This document shows positions 38,078-47,666 of a stretch of DNA of 64,000 nucleotides, piece after piece; positions within the stretch are counted from its first letter, which is position 1; each line of letters opens with the position of its first letter. Source of the stretch: a virus (Duplodnaviria; Caudoviricetes); IMG/VR virus record IMGVR_UViG_3300005529_000010, positions 827-64,826 of that record; one strand, 5' to 3'. A model generated the notes under the pieces. The model worked only from the letters and a program-made list of their open reading frames with translations, searched no databases and was not told the DNA's origin. Both the position numbers and the translations under genes were made by a program.

Positions 38078-38496
38078 GTCGGACGCTCCTGCAAAATTTC
38101 CTTCGTGCGGTCCATCATGATCCGGCACCACCGCGCGGCCGCGTGCCATTCGTCATCACCGGTGACGAGCGCGCTCGCCCGGGCAACCTTGGCCAGACTT
38201 TGCGCCATAGCCTCGATCGTGTCTGTAATTTCGAGCTGCGCCCGCATATTGGCTGACCCGCGCTCGATCACCTCGCCAAGCGCGCGATCCACCTCCCGTT
38301 CCTGGCTCTCGTGCGCGTCGCGGCCGGCGTCGGTGATGACGTAATTGAACGCATCCAGCCCGTTCAGCAGGCCGCGCTGCGTGAGCGCGCGAACGGGCTT
38401 TTCCCATCGGCCGATCGGCGCGATCGAGCCGCCGCGCACGCAGATCTCCAGGACGGCCAGCTCGTCGGTCGTGAGCGGCTCGATGACTTCGCTCAT
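38074..38496 (-). CDS. Hypothetical winged-helix-like protein
   Basis: ATGA-coupled; LTQRGLL..YVITDAGR. Confidence 0.6.
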   Translation of the reverse strand: MSEVIEPLTTDELAVLEICVRGGSIAPIGRWEKPVRALTQRGLLNGLDAFNYVITDAGRDAHESQEREVDRALGEVIERGSANMRAQLEITDTIEAMAQSLAKVARASALVTGDDEWHAAARWCRIMMDRTKEILQERPT

Positions 38497-39911
38497 ACCA
38501 GAATCCTCTGCCTGATCGCCTCGATGACGCGGTCCAGCACCGGCCGCCAGGCGCGGCTGTCGTCCTGCATGAAGACGCGGTGTCGGGGATACCAGATCGC
38601 TCCATGCTTTTCGTCGCGGCCGATCCGGTAATCGTGGCCGTCCCGACTGTAGAGGACCCAGCACTCAACCTCGGCGGCGCCGCAGATATGGCCAAGCGAC
38701 GTCTCGATCGTCACGACAAGGTCGAGATCGCGGACGATCTGCGCGGTATCGTGAGCGTCGCGGATGAAGGGCGCCAGGTCTTTGATCAACCCTTGGGCGC
38801 CGACGTCGTACAGGTCGCGCGCCCGCTCGCCGATCTGCAGGCTGTAGAGCTGCAACCCCGGGACCTTCGTCAGCTCCAGAAAGTCTGTGACCTTCATTGC
38901 CCGGTAACGTTCAAGGTCGTTGTTCGGGTCGCCCGCCCAACAGATTCCGACATGGAACTTGCGGCCCGGGAGCTTCCACGGGAACGTGGTTTCCAGGGGA
39001 CGGTAAGGCACCGGCAAGCCTGGCGCCGTCTCGAACTCCTCGTCCGTCAGCCGATAGATCAGAGGCAGCGTCGTCAGCGAACACCAATAGTCGGCCGGCG
39101 GGATGTTTTGCTCCAAGGGCCCGATCAGCACGGTTTGCGTCTTGCCCATCAGCATGCCGGCGGCGAGCTTCATCAGCGGCGGGTGAAGCGTCAGGCACAC
39201 CTGGCCACCATATTCGCCGATGCGCGGCACGAAGCGCAGATAGGAGAGCGCGTCGCCCATGCCTTGCTCGGCGGTCAGCAGCAACACCTTGCCGTCGAGC
39301 CGCTGCCCCTCCCATTTGGGATACGGCATTTGCCGGAAGTGGCGGTAGTTCCCTTGGCCGAAGCGGGACTCGAAATGCAGCAGGCCGCGCATCCATTGCC
39401 GATCGAACAGGCAGGCGAACGCAAGCGCGAGTTCCGTGTCATCGTCGCCGCCAAGCTCCCACGCGCGCTGCGCTGCGTCGCACGCCTCTCGCGTTCGGCC
39501 GGTGATGGACTCGACGAGAGACAGATTCGACCACGACAGCGGCAAGTCCGGCTCCGCCCGGATCGCGGCGCGCAGCACGGTCTCGGCTTCGGCATAGCGC
39601 GCGGCTTCATAGAGCCGGTAGCCGAGATTGCAAAGGCACCGACCCCAGGACGGGTCCAGCTCGATCGCCCGGCGATAACAGGCAATCGCGGCTTCGCGAA
39701 ATCTGAGATCACCATTCGCGTTGCCCAGCTCGTACCAGCCCTCCTTGAAAGTCGGGTCGGTCTCGACGGCCGACGACAGGAGCCGATACGCGGTATGGCG
39801 ATCGGCCTCCGCCAGCTCGACGCCCTTCTGGCGCATGACGACCGCCTGGTTGTGATACCAGATCGCGCGGTTGCGCGGCGTGTCGGGGATCTCGATTTGC
39901 TGGTCCGTCAT
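38493..39911 (-). CDS. TPR-repeat glycosyltransferase (GT9-like C-terminus)
   Basis: TPR helices then W.G..L.GK.LL..AEQGMGD, VGICWAG.P, LDLVVTIETSLGH..GA. Confidence 0.88.
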   Translation of the reverse strand: MTDQQIEIPDTPRNRAIWYHNQAVVMRQKGVELAEADRHTAYRLLSSAVETDPTFKEGWYELGNANGDLRFREAAIACYRRAIELDPSWGRCLCNLGYRLYEAARYAEAETVLRAAIRAEPDLPLSWSNLSLVESITGRTREACDAAQRAWELGGDDDTELALAFACLFDRQWMRGLLHFESRFGQGNYRHFRQMPYPKWEGQRLDGKVLLLTAEQGMGDALSYLRFVPRIGEYGGQVCLTLHPPLMKLAAGMLMGKTQTVLIGPLEQNIPPADYWCSLTTLPLIYRLTDEEFETAPGLPVPYRPLETTFPWKLPGRKFHVGICWAGDPNNDLERYRAMKVTDFLELTKVPGLQLYSLQIGERARDLYDVGAQGLIKDLAPFIRDAHDTAQIVRDLDLVVTIETSLGHICGAAEVECWVLYSRDGHDYRIGRDEKHGAIWYPRHRVFMQDDSRAWRPVLDRVIEAIRQRILV

Positions 39912-41137
39912 GCGTGCAAATTCGGGGTTGGGAAATAGGTGAGAAACCGATCGTCCGAGTTCGGCCGAAGCGCTTTGATCTTGTCGACAATCTCGGCTTC
40001 CATATTCCAGGCGGGGATCAGGAACGCGATCTTGCCCATCTGATCGAGATGGCCGGGCGCCACGATCTCCGCGCCGCACGGGGCGATCTTGCCTTGCTTG
40101 AGCGGGTTGTCATCGAAGATGACGCCCAGCTCGACGCCGGCGAAATTCAGGAACGTCATGCCCTTTGCGGCCGCGCCGTAGCCCGCCGCGTCCCACCCTT
40201 CGCTTTCGAGCTTGACGAGCGTCGTGCGGACCCAATCGGCGGACTGCTGCGCACGCGTCTGCAGCGAATCGTAGATATCCACCTGGTAATAACCGCGCCC
40301 CTTCTCGGCGTGACCCAGCTCGTAATCCTCGGCCACCTGGATCTCGGCAGCGCCCGGCCGGTTGATCAGCTCGACCAGGTAAGACGTGCCGTGCACATCG
40401 ACATGCGAGATCTTGTCGATGAACAAGCCGGCCCGCCGCGCGAGCGCGACCCACGAGCTGACGGTGAAGAACGATAAATGTTCGTGGTAGCAGGTGTCGA
40501 ACTCGCCGCGCTCGATCATGCGGGCCTGGCTCGTCTGGATATAAATCCGCCCGCCGGGCGCGAGCACCTGTTTACAGAGCTGTAGAAAATTCAGTGGATT
40601 GGCGACGTGGCCGAGCACGTTCATCGCCACGACGACATCGTACGGCTCTTCGTCCGCGAGCAGCTCCACGACGCCGCGATGCCAATAATCGCAAATGGTC
40701 GGCACGTCGCCGCTGACCTTGAGGCCGATCGCAAGGTTCTGCGCAGGATCGACGCCCTGGACTTTGTGGCCGCGCGCCGCGAACGACCGCAACAACGTTC
40801 CGTCGTTGGACGCAATCTCCAGCACCCGGAACGGTTTATTAGGAGGAAATCCCTCCTCGACCCGGAAGACGAAGTCGGTGAAATAGTGCCTTAGGCTCGC
40901 GCTCGTTCCGCTGACATAGGGGTAGTCGCGGAACATCAGGTCGGGGTCGACAGACACCAGGTTCTGGCTGTGCCAGCACCGCACGCAGCGCTGCAGCCCG
41001 AGCGGGAAGGTCTTCAACGGCCCGTCGCCGCGCTCGCGGTAGGTGTTGGCGAGCGGCTGTTCGCCGAGATCGAGATACAGCACCAGATCGCCGGCGCCAC
41101 AGGCGAGGCATTCGTCCAGACGGATGAACCCTCTCAT
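39908..41137 (-). CDS. NDP-sugar C-methyltransferase
   Basis: CLACG..LDLGEQPLAN zinc domain, LEIASNDG, YHEHLSFF, GYGAAAKG, DDNPLKQG. Confidence 0.92.
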   Translation of the reverse strand: MRGFIRLDECLACGAGDLVLYLDLGEQPLANTYRERGDGPLKTFPLGLQRCVRCWHSQNLVSVDPDLMFRDYPYVSGTSASLRHYFTDFVFRVEEGFPPNKPFRVLEIASNDGTLLRSFAARGHKVQGVDPAQNLAIGLKVSGDVPTICDYWHRGVVELLADEEPYDVVVAMNVLGHVANPLNFLQLCKQVLAPGGRIYIQTSQARMIERGEFDTCYHEHLSFFTVSSWVALARRAGLFIDKISHVDVHGTSYLVELINRPGAAEIQVAEDYELGHAEKGRGYYQVDIYDSLQTRAQQSADWVRTTLVKLESEGWDAAGYGAAAKGMTFLNFAGVELGVIFDDNPLKQGKIAPCGAEIVAPGHLDQMGKIAFLIPAWNMEAEIVDKIKALRPNSDDRFLTYFPTPNLHA

Positions 41138-41973
41138 GGCGCGAAACTCCCGAGCGGCTGTTCGCGATGCAGCTCGACCAGGCCATCGACGATCGAGGCT
41201 GGAGTGTCCACCGGTGGAAAACCAGGGATATAAGTCGGCTCCATCGTGAAATCGTATGTCGGCGTCGGATCGTGCGTTTCGATCCTGGCGTTCAGCCGAG
41301 CCGCGACGAAATTAGCGAGCTTGCCGATCTGCGCATTGAAGCTCACCAGGTTGATGATCCCCGGCTCGACCCCGCCGCCCAGCAGACCCTCGACGCCGCT
41401 GCAGAGATCGCGCACGCCGAGGATCGGCCGCATCGCCTCCAGGTTGGACGCGTGCACGACTCCCGTTTCCAGGGCGCTCTTGACCATCGCCTGGATCACC
41501 ATGTCAGGCCGCAGGTTGGGCGCGGCGCCGCACACGGTTCCAAAGCGCAGAACGTAGGTGTTTTCATAGATCGGCGGGATCAGCATCTCGGCCGCGATCT
41601 TGGTCAGATCATAGATGTTGCTGGGCCCGCCGAGATCGCGCGACAGCACCGACGCCGACGACGCGAACAGCAGTGGCTGGCCTGTGAGACGTCTGGTGAC
41701 GTCGGCCAGCTCGGACACATTCTCGCGCACGGCGCGCGCCGGCTCGGCGACCGCGCGCCTGACGCTCGATCGGCCGGCAACCCAGATCACGGCTTCTATC
41801 TCTTCGAAATCGAAAGCGCGCGTCGCGCTGCACGAGCACTTCACATTTTCGGGGTTGGTACGGTTGCCGCGCTCTTCGGTGTCGACCGTCTGGACATCAT
41901 GACCGCAGTCGGTGAGGTGAGCGAAAAGTGCGCTGCCGACATAGCCGCAGCCGCCGATGATCAAGATCTTCAC
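41134..41973 (-). CDS. NAD-dependent epimerase/dehydratase (extended SDR)
   Basis: ILIIGGCGYVG, FASSASV, YDLTK, LRFGTVCG. Confidence 0.9.
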   Translation of the reverse strand: MKILIIGGCGYVGSALFAHLTDCGHDVQTVDTEERGNRTNPENVKCSCSATRAFDFEEIEAVIWVAGRSSVRRAVAEPARAVRENVSELADVTRRLTGQPLLFASSASVLSRDLGGPSNIYDLTKIAAEMLIPPIYENTYVLRFGTVCGAAPNLRPDMVIQAMVKSALETGVVHASNLEAMRPILGVRDLCSGVEGLLGGGVEPGIINLVSFNAQIGKLANFVAARLNARIETHDPTPTYDFTMEPTYIPGFPPVDTPASIVDGLVELHREQPLGSFAP

Positions 41974-42089
41974 GGTGTCTCCCTGCCTAGACCGGCGGGA
42001 AGCTGCGAACTGCGGAACCATTCACAGACTTCCCGCCGGGCCGATCAGGAGCGGCACCAGATTGCATCCCTCGGCGGCGGAAAACGTAC

Positions 42090-42104
42090 CGGACGATTTG
42101 TCCG
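42090..42104. promoter_or_regulatory. Operator copy 5 (CGGACGATTTGTCCG)
   Basis: Upstream of the sugar cluster; exact reverse complement of copy 6. Confidence 0.75.
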
Positions 42105-42129
42105 GTGTGAAGAAGGATTTTTGCCCGAT

Positions 42130-42540
42130 TTATGTCGAGATCGTGGATAACTCGGCGGACAAATCGTCCGGTTGGTCGAAGAGCGTGTCGGCCAGCTCCT
42201 CGCCGCGACGATAGACGGCCATGTCGAGATGACCAGCGCGAACCATCTGGCGCCGCTGGTTGCGCGTGAACCGGTTGCGGATTTTCAGAAAGGCTCGTCG
42301 ACAATCGAATGAGCGGCAGATCACCGGGCGCTTGTCATAGATCGTGCAGCCGGCATCGCCGAGAAAGAAGCAATCGCCGTTCGGCTTGTGCTTGAGCACA
42401 GGAGCCAAGCCCGGACGTCTGGGGATGCCTTCTCTCACGCCGTCGCCATAGAGCGAAGGATCGTCGCCTTCGTCGATGTGCAGCGTGACGATCTCGTGCT
42501 TACAGCAGAGCGTGCAGCCGCCGCACGGAACGGCGGTCAT
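42130..42540 (-). CDS. YkgJ-family cysteine cluster (CxxCxxCC) protein
   Basis: CGGCTLCC..CFFL...CTIYDKRP..CRSFDC. Confidence 0.85.
   Translation of the reverse strand: MTAVPCGGCTLCCKHEIVTLHIDEGDDPSLYGDGVREGIPRRPGLAPVLKHKPNGDCFFLGDAGCTIYDKRPVICRSFDCRRAFLKIRNRFTRNQRRQMVRAGHLDMAVYRRGEELADTLFDQPDDLSAELSTIST
42156..42170. promoter_or_regulatory. Operator copy 6 (CGGACAAATCGTCCG)
   Basis: Within the 3' end of the YkgJ-like gene. Confidence 0.75.
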
Positions 42541-42959
42541 GCGGCGCGCAGCGCCTCGGCCGACACCAGGAAATCCGCGAGCGTGACCCGCCGCAGGTTT
42601 TCCTGAAAATGTGACACGAGCTGCGGAAAGATCGGCTCCAACAGCGCGGCCGCATCGGCGTTCAGGCCAAGATCGCGATCGGGCCCGACCTCCGTCGTGT
42701 TGACGCATTCGAGCACGTCCAGCATCGAAATTTCGTTCGCCGCACGCGCCAGTTGATATCCGCCCATTGGTCCACGCAGGCCCTTGATCACGCCGCCCCG
42801 GGTCAAGCTCTGCAGCACCGGTTCGAGATAGCGGCGTTCGCTACCCATGAAGGCCATCAGCTCGGCCGCTTGGATCGACCGGCCCTCTTCCTGGCGCGCG
42901 ATGTGGATCATCGCGACCAACGTCAGCGCGTATTTTCTCGACATCTGAAACAGCATCAT
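42537..42959 (-). CDS. Rrf2-family transcription regulator
   Basis: YAL..MIHIA..RYLEPVLQSL..GG...GLRGPMGGYQLAR..EIS.LDV. Confidence 0.9.
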   Translation of the reverse strand: MMLFQMSRKYALTLVAMIHIARQEEGRSIQAAELMAFMGSERRYLEPVLQSLTRGGVIKGLRGPMGGYQLARAANEISMLDVLECVNTTEVGPDRDLGLNADAAALLEPIFPQLVSHFQENLRRVTLADFLVSAEALRAA

Positions 42960-42985
42960 CGGTCCTGTCTCCTTTCCCTCGGGAT

Positions 42986-43294
42986 TTATGCGTGTCCGCC
43001 CTTTTTGTCGTCTGGCGTGCCAATCGTGTCGCGCATGATCTCCCAGGCGAGCGACATATTGAGCAGCGTCGCCATCGCCTCGGCGTCCAGCTCCTGCCAA
43101 TCGCGCTCTTCGATCTTTCGCACCCGGATATCGTCGGTGAACACCAGGAACCCGCCGCACGAGATGCACATGGAGATGTCGCCCGGCCTCGGCTCTTTCT
43201 TTTCGCCCTCGGCCACGCTGGCGCGATCGAAGCCGTAGCCGCAATGCGGGCAGAGCGCCGTCGGCACCATGACGCCGGGATCTCGCTCGGTCAC
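42986..43294 (-). CDS. Zinc-finger hypothetical protein
   Basis: CPHCG..PGDISMCISCG. Confidence 0.7.
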   Translation of the reverse strand: MTERDPGVMVPTALCPHCGYGFDRASVAEGEKKEPRPGDISMCISCGGFLVFTDDIRVRKIEERDWQELDAEAMATLLNMSLAWEIMRDTIGTPDDKKGGHA

Positions 43295-43731
43295 GCGGCC
43301 CCCGCCTGGTCAGAGACGGCGATCGGTTGCACGACGTTGATCGCGACGTCGCCCGGCCGATCCAGATTCTCAATCCACACCCGGCAGGCATGCAGCCCGT
43401 CCACGAAACCGAGTTCCTTGGCGACGGTCCACACTGCGATCTCGTTCGGCGATCGACCTTCCCGGTCCACGGACATGGACATATGTCGGCAGGTGCCCAC
43501 GGGGTGGTTCAGCTCGATCGAGAACGTCACCCAATAGTCGAACGGGATTTTGATCGTCTGCCGGGTCATCTGTTCTTTGTGCGCGCGCTTGCCGGCCGCC
43601 GATTTGAGCCGCTCCATCAGCGGCAGCATGTCCACCGGATTCGCGGCCGCCAAGGTCCGCAGGCCCTCCAGCGCCAGCAGCTCGTCGCGGCCGATGAACA
43701 TCGGCGTCCCGCCCATCAGCGCATCTCCCAC
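43291..43731 (-). CDS. Hypothetical protein
   Basis: Coupled ORF; RHMSMSV..R.P motif. Confidence 0.65.
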   Translation of the reverse strand: MGDALMGGTPMFIGRDELLALEGLRTLAAANPVDMLPLMERLKSAAGKRAHKEQMTRQTIKIPFDYWVTFSIELNHPVGTCRHMSMSVDREGRSPNEIAVWTVAKELGFVDGLHACRVWIENLDRPGDVAINVVQPIAVSDQAGAA

Positions 43732-44120
43732 AGCCGCGAGACCGCCTCGATCAGCGTCGGCGCCGTCGCCATGCTTTCAGCTCGGGCGCGCGCGATTCCG
43801 CCCCGCGCCGGCGAGACCATGTATCCGACGGGCTCATGCCCTTGGGCCGGATTGAGAGCGATCCCCATCCCTTCGAGCATGCGCACGATGTAGCCGATCG
43901 GCTGACCGTTCACCGTGACGTCGGCGCGATGCGTCGACACGGTCTGCAGCCTGATCCCGGGCATCTGGGTCAGCCGGTTCTGGCAATCATCGCAGACGAC
44001 CGCGCAATCCTCGACATCGACGCCGGGGTATTTGCTCTCCAGCTCCGCGACCGCGTCGGCGTCTGACCACGCCTTGGGGAAGCTCTGTTCGCAGCCATCG
44101 CAGCGAAATGTGTCGGCCAT
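43716..44120 (-). CDS. Zinc-binding hypothetical protein
   Basis: FRCDGC..VCDDC; GGGAG RBS. Confidence 0.6.
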   Translation of the reverse strand: MADTFRCDGCEQSFPKAWSDADAVAELESKYPGVDVEDCAVVCDDCQNRLTQMPGIRLQTVSTHRADVTVNGQPIGYIVRMLEGMGIALNPAQGHEPVGYMVSPARGGIARARAESMATAPTLIEAVSRLWEMR

Positions 44121-44259
44121 CAGAGTCTCCCGCGCAGCCGGCGCACCAACAGCACGCCGGTTCCCCAAAACAAAAAACCGCTCAACGCGACGATCGCAGC
44201 CAGCATCAGCACGACGCCAGCCCCAATGATCAGGTGCGGCAGATCCATCTCTCCCCACC

Positions 44260-44448
44260 TCATCGTTTGGGTTTTACAGCTTCATCGACTTCGTCCATCA
44301 GCGCCCGCATCCGCATGGCGAGCCCGCGCACGCGCGGCCGAGCCTGGCCGCGCTGCAGGACGTAGCGCTCGATCGCAACCGACAGTTCAAGCGAGGCGCG
44401 CGCGACGTCGGCCGAAAGGCGGTGGAACATCAGAGAATCGTCGCTCAC
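44260..44448 (-). CDS. Hypothetical protein
   Basis: GTGA-coupled; GGAGG RBS. Confidence 0.55.
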   Translation of the reverse strand: MSDDSLMFHRLSADVARASLELSVAIERYVLQRGQARPRVRGLAMRMRALMDEVDEAVKPKR

Positions 44449-45056
44449 GATTGCCTCCCCTCGGCAGGGACTTCGATCTTGACCACCAGGCGCGCGAGCT
44501 GGCGGGCCAGGCTCTCGACCTCGCCCCGCACATAGGATTCGTCGCGATACACATCCCGATATTCGGGCGGGATCGCCACCTTGGGAAACGGGAGCCGGGG
44601 CAGCTCGCGCTTGATGGCCTCAAGGCCAGGCACGAGATCGAACGCGTGGCAGCAATCAAACCCAAACCACCAAAGATCCCCCTCGCCCTCCCACTGGGCG
44701 GCATAGGTCAGCCCGCCATGAACCTCGATGTCCTGGACCCGCTCACCGATTCCTGGCACCACCTCCGGCCGTTTGGTGGCCGGCCCATCGCCCGCCTTGA
44801 GCCGCGCAAGCGCCTTCCCCGATCGCATCTCGGCGCGGGACTCGTCCAGGTATTCCTCGAATTCCGAGGCAACGTTGCCATCGTAAGACAGCTCATAGGC
44901 TGGATGCTCGGGCCCCACGCCGACATAGCCGCACCAGCTCCCATGGGTCGCGTGCCGGTTCATCAGACATTCGAGACCGGTTTCCGGGTCGGTCCAGCGG
45001 ACCCGGTCGGGCTCGCGTTGCCACGGCCCATCGCCCCAACGCGATTTGTCGATCAT
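44445..45056 (-). CDS. Conserved-looking phage hypothetical protein
   Basis: GPWQ.EPD, WCGYVGV, VHGGLTY, WWFGFDC.H motifs. Confidence 0.75.
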   Translation of the reverse strand: MIDKSRWGDGPWQREPDRVRWTDPETGLECLMNRHATHGSWCGYVGVGPEHPAYELSYDGNVASEFEEYLDESRAEMRSGKALARLKAGDGPATKRPEVVPGIGERVQDIEVHGGLTYAAQWEGEGDLWWFGFDCCHAFDLVPGLEAIKRELPRLPFPKVAIPPEYRDVYRDESYVRGEVESLARQLARLVVKIEVPAEGRQS

Positions 45057-45149
45057 TGCGGAAAGACCCTCTGGCGCTGCGACGGGCTCATGAGCCGGGC
45101 CTGTTCGCTAACCATAGACTGCAGGAGGCCCGCCGCAGCGAGGAGAGAA

Positions 45150-45164
45150 TGGACAAATTGTCCG
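45150..45164. promoter_or_regulatory. Operator copy 7 (TGGACAAATTGTCCG)
   Basis: On minus strand overlaps TTGCGC-17-CATTCT, upstream of the 45056 gene. Confidence 0.7.
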
Positions 45165-45182
45165 GTCGGCGCAAGAGGGCAG

Positions 45183-45227
45183 AAAAGGAAAAGCCCGGCT
45201 GCGCGCTCGAAACAAGCAGCCGGGCTT
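45183..45227 (-). terminator. Intrinsic terminator
   Basis: 12-bp stem aagcccggctgc / gcagccgggctt followed by a U-rich tract on the minus strand. Confidence 0.7.
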
Positions 45228-45341
45228 CCCTTACGCCAAGGGCCCGGTCGATTTTGCTCGACCAGGCCCCCGACGAAGCAACGAACACAGCAGGGGAGGA
45301 AAAGACCTTTGAGGGGGCATCTTCCGAAACAGACTATACAC

Positions 45342-45638
45342 TCAAATCGGCCGCGTGCACAGCCAATAGAAGCGCTTGCGCCGCCAGCCGCGCCCGGGCC
45401 CGCCCATCGCCTGCCGGAAGGTCACGACACCGGCTGCGTACAGCTCATTTAGGCAGACGTAGAGCGGCACCAGGCCGATGCCGGTTTTGCGGTAAAGGTC
45501 AACCGTCGACAGCTCCCGGTCGGTGTGCAGCAGCGCGATCACGATCGCGTCACGCGCCTTCTGCCCGCCGAAATGCCGCGACCACCACGACAGCTCAGCC
45601 ATCGAAATCCCCGTCCATCGCCCGGGCGGCGATGTCAT
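45342..45638 (-). CDS. Small winged-HTH protein
   Basis: ELSTVDLYRKTGI....LYVCLNEL..AGVV..RRKRFY; start uncertain. Confidence 0.55.
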   Translation of the reverse strand: MTSPPGRWTGISMAELSWWSRHFGGQKARDAIVIALLHTDRELSTVDLYRKTGIGLVPLYVCLNELYAAGVVTFRQAMGGPGRGWRRKRFYWLCTRPI

Positions 45639-45810
45639 CCAGGCCCTCGGTGATCGCGTCGGCGACGAGCTGCATGATCGGGGTGGCGAGCGGCGAGGTG
45701 AAGTCGCCGTAAATTCCTTCCTTGGCCTGGTCGATCATCCACGCCGGCGCCTTGGCCGTCTCAAGCGCCTCGACCAGCCGGGCGCGCGCTTTGTCGCTGT
45801 CAGCTCTCAT
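45595..45810 (-). CDS. Hypothetical protein
   Basis: ATGA-coupled; A.EG.Y.DF.S.LATP..L..D..GDFDG. Confidence 0.6.
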   Translation of the reverse strand: MRADSDKARARLVEALETAKAPAWMIDQAKEGIYGDFTSPLATPIMQLVADAITEGLDDIAARAMDGDFDG

Positions 45811-46123
45811 AATCCAAACGACTGCCGATGCTTGAACTGGGCGAGTCGGCGCCGCAGCTTTTCGATCTCTGCGGCCGCCTCGGCAAACAGCTCGCCGTGA
45901 AGGCTGCCCGATGCCCTGGCGTTCAGCCTGGCGACCAGGTCGGACGGCAGGCCCGGCATACGCTGACGATTTACCTTCAAACGACGATCTCCCGCCGGAT
46001 CGACCACCCGGCCCCGCTTTGTCGCATCCACCCGACGCCCTCCGCAAACGTTGGTGCTGCGCCGACCATGGCCACATGAACCGAGAGGGATTTTCGGGTC
46101 AACACAACCGGCGCAGCGGCCAA

Positions 46124-46348
46124 TCATTCGGACAAAATGTCCGGCGCGTCAACCGGGATCGCGACGCCGGCAGCTATCAGCTCGGGAAGATCACGCCGAA
46201 GCACACACAGACCGCACAGCTCCCGAACCCATTCGCCCGGCAGTTCGCCGGCGAGGGCCGCAACGACGTCACGGGCCAGCGTGAACCCATTGCACAGGCT
46301 GATCGGGCGTCCGCATTCGATGCAATGCCGCTTGCGTTCGGTCGTCAT
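46124..46348 (-). CDS. Zinc-finger hypothetical protein
   Basis: CIECG..LCGLC. Confidence 0.55.
   Translation of the reverse strand: MTTERKRHCIECGRPISLCNGFTLARDVVAALAGELPGEWVRELCGLCVLRRDLPELIAAGVAIPVDAPDILSE
46129..46143. promoter_or_regulatory. Operator copy 8 (CGGACAAAATGTCCG)
   Basis: Perfect consensus; TTGACG 3 nt upstream on minus strand. Confidence 0.8.
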
Positions 46349-46448
46349 GAACGCGTGCCACCGCGTGCCATGAAAGCCTGCCTCGGCAGATTTCGCAGTG
46401 TGCGAAAGCTAGAAATCTGGGGTGAGAAATCTTGACAAATGCGACCGA

Positions 46449-46703
46449 TCATCCTTGCCCCCGGAACCAGGTCAGCGCCTCGGGCATCACTTTGAAGATC
46501 CGGAACAGCGTGCCCGGCTGCATTCCCGAATCCATAATGAACGATACATCGATCAGCCTCACCCACTCCCGGAGCTGCAGCCGCTCCAGCGCCCGTTGCA
46601 TCTCAGGCGAAAGCACCCCGAGCCCGATCGGCACCGCAAATTTGTGCGTGTCGTCGGTCATCACCTTCAACACCGAATATTCGTCGCGCTCGTCTTCCGT
46701 CAT
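46449..46703 (-). CDS. Hypothetical protein
   Basis: ATGA-coupled. Confidence 0.55.
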   Translation of the reverse strand: MTEDERDEYSVLKVMTDDTHKFAVPIGLGVLSPEMQRALERLQLREWVRLIDVSFIMDSGMQPGTLFRIFKVMPEALTWFRGQG

Positions 46704-47308
46704 GCCGGCACCGGCCACGCAGAGTTCTCCGGCACACTGATGTTCGACCGGGTTTCGAACCAATCGCCGTTCGGACTCAGCCCCGGAGCGAGCACCAAAA
46801 ACGCCTCCCACGAGCCGATGCGGACCAACGTCGCCATGCCGAACATCCGCGCGATCTCTTCGATCGCCCGCCGGACGATCGGCGCCCGGTAGGCGTTGGG
46901 AAAGCGCGGGTCGACCCAGAGCTGGATGACGCTGCGCTCCTGCGACTCCCCGGTCACATTGTTCCGGAGCGCGACCGAGTCGGTCATCATGTCGAAAATC
47001 ACATGGCTGCGACGCGGCTGCAGCTCCTCAGGCCATTCCTTCGTCGCGGCCCACAGGCACGACCAGGCCGAGCACGAGAACGGTCGATCGGCATAGATCG
47101 CGCAGCCCTTGCCGCCCATCGCGTGCTGGCACCAGATCCCGGCTGGCTTCTCCAGCTCGGCGACCGGCAGCACCCGGCAGCACAGCGTACAATCACCGCA
47201 CGGCCGCTGACTCGGATTGCCGACGACCTTGTGCTTGCCGGGCTTGGTCGGATGCGGCTCCAGGGTCAGGTTGAGCCACGGCGCCGCCGCCTTGTCACCG
47301 AATGCCAT
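46700..47308 (-). CDS. Second YkgJ-family cysteine cluster protein
   Basis: CGDCTLCC..KPAG.WCQH..GCAIYADRP.SC..WSCLW. Confidence 0.8.
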   Translation of the reverse strand: MAFGDKAAAPWLNLTLEPHPTKPGKHKVVGNPSQRPCGDCTLCCRVLPVAELEKPAGIWCQHAMGGKGCAIYADRPFSCSAWSCLWAATKEWPEELQPRRSHVIFDMMTDSVALRNNVTGESQERSVIQLWVDPRFPNAYRAPIVRRAIEEIARMFGMATLVRIGSWEAFLVLAPGLSPNGDWFETRSNISVPENSAWPVPA

Positions 47309-47573
47309 GCTCCCGGTCCACCTCTTCGAGTTTCGTCGCCGACGCGCCCAGCTCCGCATATTGCTGGCACCACCACGCCATCGCGCCGGCCTGCCGCGCC
47401 AGCGACAGCGAGGTCCGCATGAGCACCGTAATGGCGATTTCCGTGTAGCTCCGGTCGCCCTCGGCAAACCGCCGCACCGCCGCGAACAAGGCCGCGTTGC
47501 GCACCTCCCCCTCGGCATCCAGCAGCGACGCGAGGATAGGATCATCAGCCACCTCGGGTGTCGGCTCAGACAT
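47295..47573 (-). CDS. Hypothetical protein
   Basis: Packed operon. Confidence 0.5.
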   Translation of the reverse strand: MSEPTPEVADDPILASLLDAEGEVRNAALFAAVRRFAEGDRSYTEIAITVLMRTSLSLARQAGAMAWWCQQYAELGASATKLEEVDREHGIR

Positions 47574-47666
47574 GGCAACGCCCGATCATCACGCCCACGC
47601 CCAGCAGGAAGCCGCCGAACATGAACCCGAACACCAGGGCCGCGACCTCCCAATCCTTCCATTCGC

